Source: a virus. Taken from it: DNA of 64,000 nucleotides. A model generated the notes under the pieces. That model was not told the DNA's origin. It ran no database searches and worked only from the letters and a program-made list of their open reading frames with translations. The position numbers and the translations under genes were made by a program. Positions 58,397 to 64,000 of the stretch are shown here, one piece after another. The stretch is from positions 64,413 to 128,412 of IMG/VR virus record IMGVR_UViG_3300020045_005677; one strand, written 5' to 3'. Position 1 is the first letter of the stretch. Every line of letters begins with the position of its first letter.

Positions 58397-59131
58397 ATGG
58401 CTAGAATAATATTGTTATTATTATTTAGTATTAGTATAATGTTATCTAATAATGAATTACCTAAAAACTTCTATCCTAATAAGATAGAATTAAGGGATAC
58501 TGTTTCTCTATATGTAAAAGATATTACTAGTGATATATTTGGTAATATTAATTATGTAACTTATTTTGGAGGAATGATAGAGCATGAGAGTTGTGTTACT
58601 ATTAGACATCCTAAGTGTTGGTCTCCTAGTTCAGAGTTATTGACTAGATGGTCTAATGGATTAGTAAGAGAGCAAGGAGTAGGGTTTGGACAAATTACTA
58701 GAGCCTATAGTCAGAATGGTAGTATTAGATTAGATGTACTCACTGATTTAAGAAAGAGATATCCTAGGGACCTAAGTGAATTAACTTGGAATAATATCAA
58801 GAGTAGACCTGACTTACAGATTAGAGCTATTAGTTTGTTATGGCTATCCAATTATACTAGACTATCAGATAGTATTCCAGAGTTTGATAAATTAGCTATG
58901 GCTGATTCTGCTTATAATGGTGGGTATGGATATATAATTAAAGATAGAAAGAGTTGTGGATTAAAAGCTAAGTGTAATCCAGATATATGGTTTAATAATG
59001 TAGAGAATATTAATAATAGAGGTAATACTATACTCTATGGTAATAGGACTGCAAATATGATTAATAGAGACCATGTAAGAGATGTACTATTAGAAAAGTG
59101 GACTAAATATTATACAGTAGATTGGGATTGA
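58397..59131 (+). CDS. Lytic transglycosylase (SLT-like) with N-terminal signal/anchor
   Basis: Catalytic IEHES, GFGQIT and SAYNGG motifs; N-terminus MARIILLLLFSISIMLS. Confidence 0.82.
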   Translation: MARIILLLLFSISIMLSNNELPKNFYPNKIELRDTVSLYVKDITSDIFGNINYVTYFGGMIEHESCVTIRHPKCWSPSSELLTRWSNGLVREQGVGFGQITRAYSQNGSIRLDVLTDLRKRYPRDLSELTWNNIKSRPDLQIRAISLLWLSNYTRLSDSIPEFDKLAMADSAYNGGYGYIIKDRKSCGLKAKCNPDIWFNNVENINNRGNTILYGNRTANMINRDHVRDVLLEKWTKYYTVDWD

Positions 59132-59175
59132 TTTCCTAGTCTACTGTATAATATTTTTGACCTCTATATTATTAT

Positions 59176-59198
59176 AATCACATATTATAAAAGTAGTA
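59176..59198 (+). promoter_or_regulatory. Phage promoter motif, subtype B
   Basis: AATCACATATTATAAAAGTAGTA. Confidence 0.75.
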
Positions 59199-59225
59199 TA
59201 ATAAAATAATAAAAAGGAATTAGAA

Positions 59226-59771
59226 ATGAAAAATGAAAAAATATCTGAAGCTGATGAGTTTCTTAAAAAGAATAATAAAGATTATGATATTATAGAAATT
59301 AAGTTAATAGGTATGGAGCCAGTATTAAAGCTTCCTAATTATTCTTTTCTTGCTACACCATCAATAGTTGGTATCCAAATAGGATGTTTGGAAAAGTTTC
59401 ATATCTATGTTTGTAGCTATGGATACTATATGTTCTTTAATCCGGAAGATATAACTAAAAGCTTACCAACGATTAGAGAAAAGACTGATAAGCTAAATAG
59501 ATTATGTCATGAAAATGCTGTAGAGAAAGCAATAGAAGTAGTGAGAGTGATTGAAGGTAGATTGTTTCTATTAATGAACTACAGAAATAAAGATACTAGA
59601 GGTAATAATTATCTAGATTGGAAAAAATATACCAAACATCGGAATGATGATATATCTGGTAATGTAGTATGGCTAAATCCAATAAATGAACAAAGATATG
59701 AGTTTAGCTTTACTAGATATATGGTAGAGTTTATAGATAGAAATAGTTTAACTAAAAAGGTAAAGAAATGA
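59226..59771 (+). CDS. Hypothetical protein
   Basis: 181 aa, AAGGA RBS after the promoter motif. Confidence 0.65.
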   Translation: MKNEKISEADEFLKKNNKDYDIIEIKLIGMEPVLKLPNYSFLATPSIVGIQIGCLEKFHIYVCSYGYYMFFNPEDITKSLPTIREKTDKLNRLCHENAVEKAIEVVRVIEGRLFLLMNYRNKDTRGNNYLDWKKYTKHRNDDISGNVVWLNPINEQRYEFSFTRYMVEFIDRNSLTKKVKK

Positions 59772-59915
59772 GAGTATTAAAAAATATAGTATCTATTTAC
59801 ATTAATGATACAATAGGTATTCTAGATTGCAAACATAAAACTGAACTAACTTTTAGATATCTAAAGAGAGCTAAAAGAAAAACTAGGTGGAGACTTTAAT
59901 ATTCATATTGCACTA

Positions 59916-60284
59916 ATGAAACATAAAGAAGATAGTGTAAGTGGAATAAGAGAAGTATTTAAAGTAGCAGGATATGAAGACTTAGATACTGGTAAACTTA
60001 AAACTAATATTCCTAATCTAATACAAGCTAGATTAAAAGATAGAGACCAGAGTGAGGTAAAACATCATTTAGTATTCTTTTCTATTAGCAAAGATGAATT
60101 ATTAGTAAATGAAAATAATTTAAGTTATTTCTATAATATAGATAGCTTATTATCTGGTAGCTATTTAGATAGTTTAATTAGTAGAATTGAATGGTTTAAG
60201 GTAAAGATAAATGATTTTAGTTCTGAAGCATGTAGAGAAGCGGAACGATTATATTTCAATAATGAGAAAGAAGGTAGAAAATGA
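59916..60284 (+). CDS. Hypothetical protein (possibly 5'-truncated)
   Basis: 122 aa; frame stays open upstream to 59865; no clear RBS. Confidence 0.45.
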   Translation: MKHKEDSVSGIREVFKVAGYEDLDTGKLKTNIPNLIQARLKDRDQSEVKHHLVFFSISKDELLVNENNLSYFYNIDSLLSGSYLDSLISRIEWFKVKINDFSSEACREAERLYFNNEKEGRK

Positions 60285-60517
60285 TAGCAATTGATTTTGA
60301 TGGCAATACTGCTTATCCTAAAAAGAGAAGACAAAAAGTAGTATTAACTAAACAACAGATTAAAGATGCTTTTAAAAGAAGTATATATGCTAAAAGAACA
60401 TCTAAGCTAGATAGAATTAGAAATAGATGGAATCTGGATACAGAGATACTTAACAATGCATTAACGGAAGACTTAATATATAAGAGTAGAAGAAGATGGA
60501 ACTTTTTCTTTAATTAA
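60281..60517 (+). CDS. Basic hypothetical protein
   Basis: 78 aa, ATGA overlap. Confidence 0.55.
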   Translation: MIAIDFDGNTAYPKKRRQKVVLTKQQIKDAFKRSIYAKRTSKLDRIRNRWNLDTEILNNALTEDLIYKSRRRWNFFFN

Positions 60518-60534
60518 AAATAGGAGAAAATAAA

Positions 60535-60606
60535 ATGGATATAGAATGCTTGTTAACAAGAGAATTGTTAAGAGAAATTAATGAATATCTCAATGAGGCA
60601 GAATGA
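60535..60606 (+). CDS. 23-aa mini-ORF
   Basis: AGGAG RBS; MDIECLLTRELLREINEYLNEAE; stop overlaps the next ATG (ATGA). Confidence 0.45.
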   Translation: MDIECLLTRELLREINEYLNEAE

Positions 60607-61295
60607 TGACTACAATGGATTTTAATTTAAAAAAAGAAATTTTCGAAGAAATTGCGAGATTGGATTTTTCTTATCGGACATGGTTAGAGAGCAGAGGAAG
60701 TCGTCACGCAGATGTACTTCTTAAGCATATCAGCGAGGACTTATATGTTGGTCTTGAAGCTGATGAAGATGGATATGTATTACTTACTGATGAGAATAAT
60801 GCAGTAGTAATTCCTAGATTGGTTAGAAAAATTAAAGAGGATGGCTCAGATATTATTATTAGTGCTGAAATCCTACAGGCGTATTCTAGTTGCCGTATTA
60901 CTGTTAGAAAAAATGATTTTACTATTTATCATGGCGATATGTACAATATGCTAACAAGTATGATGAAAGAGACTACAGTATTGGATGGTTTTAATATACC
61001 AATGGATAAATCAGGATTAGTAGAATTAAGATGCTCTTTAATTTCTACTCCAGTAGCTTTAACATTAACTATTAAAAAAGAAGTGTTAAATTCTATAGAA
61101 GAAAAAATATTAAACAATATATTAAAAAAGATAAAACAATTTTGTAAATTGTATTCTTTTAAAATGGTAAAGAGTGATGTTGATAATGTAATTAATATTA
61201 TTTACGATAGTGAAGATATTAATATAATATCTAAAAATATAATAGATGAGTTTTTAAATAAACCAATTGAAGATATAGCACCAGGAGATGAATAA
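60603..61295 (+). CDS. Accessory protein, paralog of the 61551 ORF
   Basis: 230 aa; C-terminal LTLTIKKEVL...IKQFCK similar to LELTVLKETL...ISKFAE. Confidence 0.6.
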   Translation: MMTTMDFNLKKEIFEEIARLDFSYRTWLESRGSRHADVLLKHISEDLYVGLEADEDGYVLLTDENNAVVIPRLVRKIKEDGSDIIISAEILQAYSSCRITVRKNDFTIYHGDMYNMLTSMMKETTVLDGFNIPMDKSGLVELRCSLISTPVALTLTIKKEVLNSIEEKILNNILKKIKQFCKLYSFKMVKSDVDNVINIIYDSEDINIISKNIIDEFLNKPIEDIAPGDE

Positions 61296-61333
61296 TGACT
61301 ACAATTAATTTTAATTTAAAAGGAAAAAAATAA
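61295..61333 (+). CDS. 12-aa mini-ORF duplicating the start of the 60603 gene
   Basis: MTTINFNLKGKK versus MTTMDFNLKKE; AGGAG RBS; TAATG overlaps at both ends. Confidence 0.4.
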   Translation: MTTINFNLKGKK

Positions 61334-61545
61334 TGTATGATAATAGTTTTAGAGCGGAATTAAAGAATTTACCTCTTCGTCCTCCAAGAAAGAGAAAAAG
61401 AAAGAAAGTTGAATTAATGATTTCTCCAGAAGGTGAAAATAAAGGTTGTGGATGTGGGTCTGATAATTTTATGTCAGTAGTTTTTTTAATATTGCTTTTA
61501 GCAGTATCTATAACTGCAATATTAATAGTAATATTTAAAGGGTAA
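61333..61545 (+). CDS. Small tail-anchored membrane protein
   Basis: 70 aa; basic PPRKRKRKK, GCGCG, C-terminal hydrophobic helix. Confidence 0.6.
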   Translation: MYDNSFRAELKNLPLRPPRKRKRKKVELMISPEGENKGCGCGSDNFMSVVFLILLLAVSITAILIVIFKG

Positions 61546-61550
61546 AGGAA

Positions 61551-62273
61551 ATGTTAAACGAAACAGCAATAGATTTAATTATAGATGATACTATAAAAAA
61601 AATTAAAGAAATATTGCCAAGTGAAGTAGTATTTAAAAGTAGAACAGAAAAAGGATTTATGGCATTATACGATTCTATAGACAGCTTAATTTTTGAGTTC
61701 TTATTTATCAAGATAGTAGAAAATAAAATAGAAATGGATTTTAATATTAGTTTATTGTTTACAATGGAAAATCAAGATAAAAAATTCATTAATAAAAAAC
61801 TATTTAGAGAATCTATAGAAAAAAATAGTAATAATGATTTTTTATCTATCGACTATAAAGAATCTACTAATAAAAATATATATTATACTATTACACAAAA
61901 TCTAAATGATTACACAATATATCATTTAGATTTTTATAATAGGTTAAATAAATCTTTTAGTACTGCTACAGCCATGCAGCCATTTTCTTTTCTTATAGAT
62001 GAAACTAAATTAATTACATTAAGTTTTGATTTAATTAACAGAAAACACTGTTTAGAGCTAACGGTATTAAAAGAGACACTAACTGATTTTGAAAGCAAAA
62101 CTCTGTCATCAATCCTTTGTCATATATCTAAATTTGCTGAAGAGAGTAATTTAAAATTAGTTCAAAAACGAGATAGTTTAATAATATATATTCTTAGCAA
62201 AAAAGAACAATTAGTAACTATAGACTCTACTGGTGTAATAGTTAAGACACTAGCTAAAATAAATAAAGGATAA
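61551..62273 (+). CDS. Accessory protein, paralog of the 60603 ORF
   Basis: 240 aa; shared C-terminal segment. Confidence 0.6.
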   Translation: MLNETAIDLIIDDTIKKIKEILPSEVVFKSRTEKGFMALYDSIDSLIFEFLFIKIVENKIEMDFNISLLFTMENQDKKFINKKLFRESIEKNSNNDFLSIDYKESTNKNIYYTITQNLNDYTIYHLDFYNRLNKSFSTATAMQPFSFLIDETKLITLSFDLINRKHCLELTVLKETLTDFESKTLSSILCHISKFAEESNLKLVQKRDSLIIYILSKKEQLVTIDSTGVIVKTLAKINKG

Positions 62274-62278
62274 AAGAA

Positions 62279-62842
62279 ATGAGTAATGCTAAACAAAATA
62301 TGACTGGTAAGATTATATATATACATGATGATATTGTAGATATAAAGTTTTATGGATATATACCAAGTTCTAACGAAACTATTGATATATTATTAGCTAA
62401 TGGACACACTGAAAGAGCAAAGGTGGTAGTAACTGTACGGAATGTATGTAGGGTTAAAACTACTAATGCTAAAGATTTAATTATTGGACAAGAGTGTGTT
62501 GCTACTGGTAAAACTATTATAGAAGAGAAAGATATGGATGATGAGGATGATACTACTATAATTACAATTAAATGTGTAATTGAAAATATGAGAAATCAAG
62601 TAGATAGTCTAAATAAAAGCATAGATAGTTTAGAAAACATATTAAGAAGGAAAAGTAGTAAAGTAGAGAAAGAATTTACTATGGGTATGTTTAGAAAGAT
62701 GGGTGCTGAAAGAGGATTCGAGCATGCTAAACCATTTCCTTCTTTTGGTACAACGTATGCTGAAAAAATAGATGATGATAATCCTACTCTTAATTTAAAC
62801 CTTGGTCCAGATACTACAAAAGATGAAACAGGTAATAATTAA
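62279..62842 (+). CDS. Protein with F1 ATP synthase beta-subunit-like N-terminal beta-barrel fused to acidic linker and coiled coil
   Basis: aa 8-81 MTGKII..IVDIKFYGYIP..NETIDILLA..RVKT..L..GQECVATG match the recalled AtpD N-terminal pattern; no P-loop. Confidence 0.7.
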   Translation: MSNAKQNMTGKIIYIHDDIVDIKFYGYIPSSNETIDILLANGHTERAKVVVTVRNVCRVKTTNAKDLIIGQECVATGKTIIEEKDMDDEDDTTIITIKCVIENMRNQVDSLNKSIDSLENILRRKSSKVEKEFTMGMFRKMGAERGFEHAKPFPSFGTTYAEKIDDDNPTLNLNLGPDTTKDETGNN

Positions 62843-63288
62843 TGAGTAATGAATTTAATACAAATTATGATGGTGTATTTGCCAAGGCTACTACTGGGAG
62901 CATTAAAGTAAATACTATTATTAAAAGAAGAGAATCAGATGTCGATTATGATAACTGTACAAAAAAGTTAAATAAATTTATTACTAATGAACTAAATGGA
63001 CTTAATTATAAATGCTTATTATTAATTCCAAAAGATAATATAGCTCCTCATCCAGACTTACCTAATGAAGCAGAAATAGAAACAGTATCTACGGTTGAGC
63101 AAGTAGCTGAAATAATTGCTAGTAAATTCTTGCTTGAAATATATATTAGAAATATTGAAAAGTTAGAATATGATAAAACTAAGTATGTATCTGTAGAGGA
63201 AAATATATACGACTTAGTAAAAGAACAAATATTATATGGAGAGAATCGTACATTTTGTTTTAGTAAAGTGGTAAAAGAAACTATATAG
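62842..63288 (+). CDS. Hypothetical protein
   Basis: 148 aa, TAATG overlap. Confidence 0.6.
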   Translation: MSNEFNTNYDGVFAKATTGSIKVNTIIKRRESDVDYDNCTKKLNKFITNELNGLNYKCLLLIPKDNIAPHPDLPNEAEIETVSTVEQVAEIIASKFLLEIYIRNIEKLEYDKTKYVSVEENIYDLVKEQILYGENRTFCFSKVVKETI

Positions 63289-63315
63289 TATATACCAATT
63301 GGTATATACTATATA
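63282..63315. repeat. Perfect 34-bp palindrome between convergent genes
   Basis: TATATAGTATATACCAATTGGTATATACTATATA. Confidence 0.8.
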
Positions 63316-63326
63316 TATTGCTTTTT

Positions 63327-64000
63327 TTATTTTTCTTCGTTATCTTCTTCTGTTTTGGGCTTAGTAGCATCTTCTGCTTCATTACCTTTATCCTCTTCTA
63401 TATTGTCTTCCACTATTTCTTCTTTAGTTTCAGGCACCTCTTCTTCATTTTCTTTAGGAGTTTCTTGTGTAGGTTCTGCTTCTTCATTAGTAGGTGTTTC
63501 TATTTCAGTAGGTTCTGCTTCTCCAAATGGATTAGCTTCTTCTTCTGTCGTATCAGTAGGATTGTTATTATTTCCAAGTCCATTATCTCCACCAGTATTA
63601 TCCTCTTCACTACCACTATTATTAATAATCTCTTCTACTTTAGCATTCTCTTTATTAATCTCTATATTATCTTTAGCCATTTCTTTTCTAGATTGTAATA
63701 GACTATTAGCAATTGCTTTCATAAAGATAGAATAATCTTTAAATGGATTACTGATAGCATCACCATCATTATTTAAAGTAAACATATCTACTATGTTAGA
63801 CATGTAGTTATTATTTCTTAAATAATCCATAGTAGCTGAAAACTTCATCATTTTGATTACATCATCTTTACTAGCATTTAATTCTCCTAGTCCTAGTTCT
63901 ATAATTGTTTCATCAGATACTATTGAATCTAATACGTTAGCTAAGTTAGTTTTAAAGTTATCAAACTGAGTAGCTTGATTAGTATCTTCAGTTACATCAG
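63327..64000 (-). CDS. C-terminal part of a large protein entering from the right edge, probable portal (phiKZ gp129-like)
   Basis: Frame open from 63998 (49 codons upstream of the track's ATG); DYLRNNNYM then a long acidic tail; minus-strand position after the gp123-like gene fits the phiKZ portal. Confidence 0.5.
   Translation of the reverse strand, partial: DVTEDTNQATQFDNFKTNLANVLDSIVSDETIIELGLGELNASKDDVIKMMKFSATMDYLRNNNYMSNIVDMFTLNNDGDAISNPFKDYSIFMKAIANSLLQSRKEMAKDNIEINKENAKVEEIINNSGSEEDNTGGDNGLGNNNNPTDTTEEEANPFGEAEPTEIETPTNEEAEPTQETPKENEEEVPETKEEIVEDNIEEDKGNEAEDATKPKTEEDNEEK

Noticed and set aside
60281-60517. HAD phosphatase suggested by IAIDFDG
   Set aside because: Only 78 aa, with no other HAD motifs; probably coincidence or a remnant.
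499-61117. About 30 short opposite-strand or nested ORFs in the track (e.g. 499, 772, 4791, 9540, 22154, 24478, 31326, 50924, 54772)
   Set aside because: They fully overlap longer genes that have RBSs and motifs; their S/L/I/F-rich composition is typical of antisense frames in purine-skewed AT-rich genes.
63318-63735. Two + strand ORFs (Phe-rich and Ser-rich)
   Set aside because: Mirror images of the acidic low-complexity tail on the minus strand.
1-64000. Stop-codon reassignment
   Set aside because: Core genes (RNAP, MCP, DnaB) are full length under code 11; TAA, TAG and TGA all end genes, followed by hairpins or the next RBS.
1-64000. CRISPR array, tRNA or rRNA genes
   Set aside because: No regularly spaced repeat-spacer units (promoter-motif copies are kb apart); no cloverleaf or GTTCRA-type T-loop noticed; intergenic gaps are short and AT-rich.

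Overview
This window is a segment of a very AT-rich (roughly 27% GC by eye) phiKZ-like jumbo phage genome, probably Chimalliviridae-like. It uses the standard genetic code and is mostly + strand. Main blocks: (1) 1-13.6 kb, virion head/inner-body and tail/baseplate genes whose head proteins share a G-L-E prohead-protease motif; (2) 13.6-22 kb, an SbcD-like nuclease, thyX, a holB-like gene and small accessory ORFs; (3) 22-25 kb, two more inner-body paralogs; (4) 25-42 kb, the core transcription/replication block (gp68/69/70-like by synteny, tmk, split non-virion RNAP beta and beta' parts, SF2 helicase with a class 3 intein); (5) 47-58 kb, DnaB, gp119-like, major capsid protein and the RNAP beta N-terminal part; (6) 58-64 kb, a lytic transglycosylase, accessory paralogs and a probable portal C-terminus. 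Non-coding features are ten copies of a CACATATTAT promoter-like motif in two subtypes and about 20 long intergenic inverted repeats. The most striking signals are a protein built on what looks like a captured F1 ATP synthase beta N-terminal barrel (62279-62842), a lone Campylobacterota-type clamp-loader delta' gene, and apparent complete GATC avoidance. Together these point to an Arcobacteraceae/Campylobacterota host and possible decoy subunits for host machines. All homology calls come from motif recognition and recalled synteny, not database searches, and phiKZ gp numbers are tentative.
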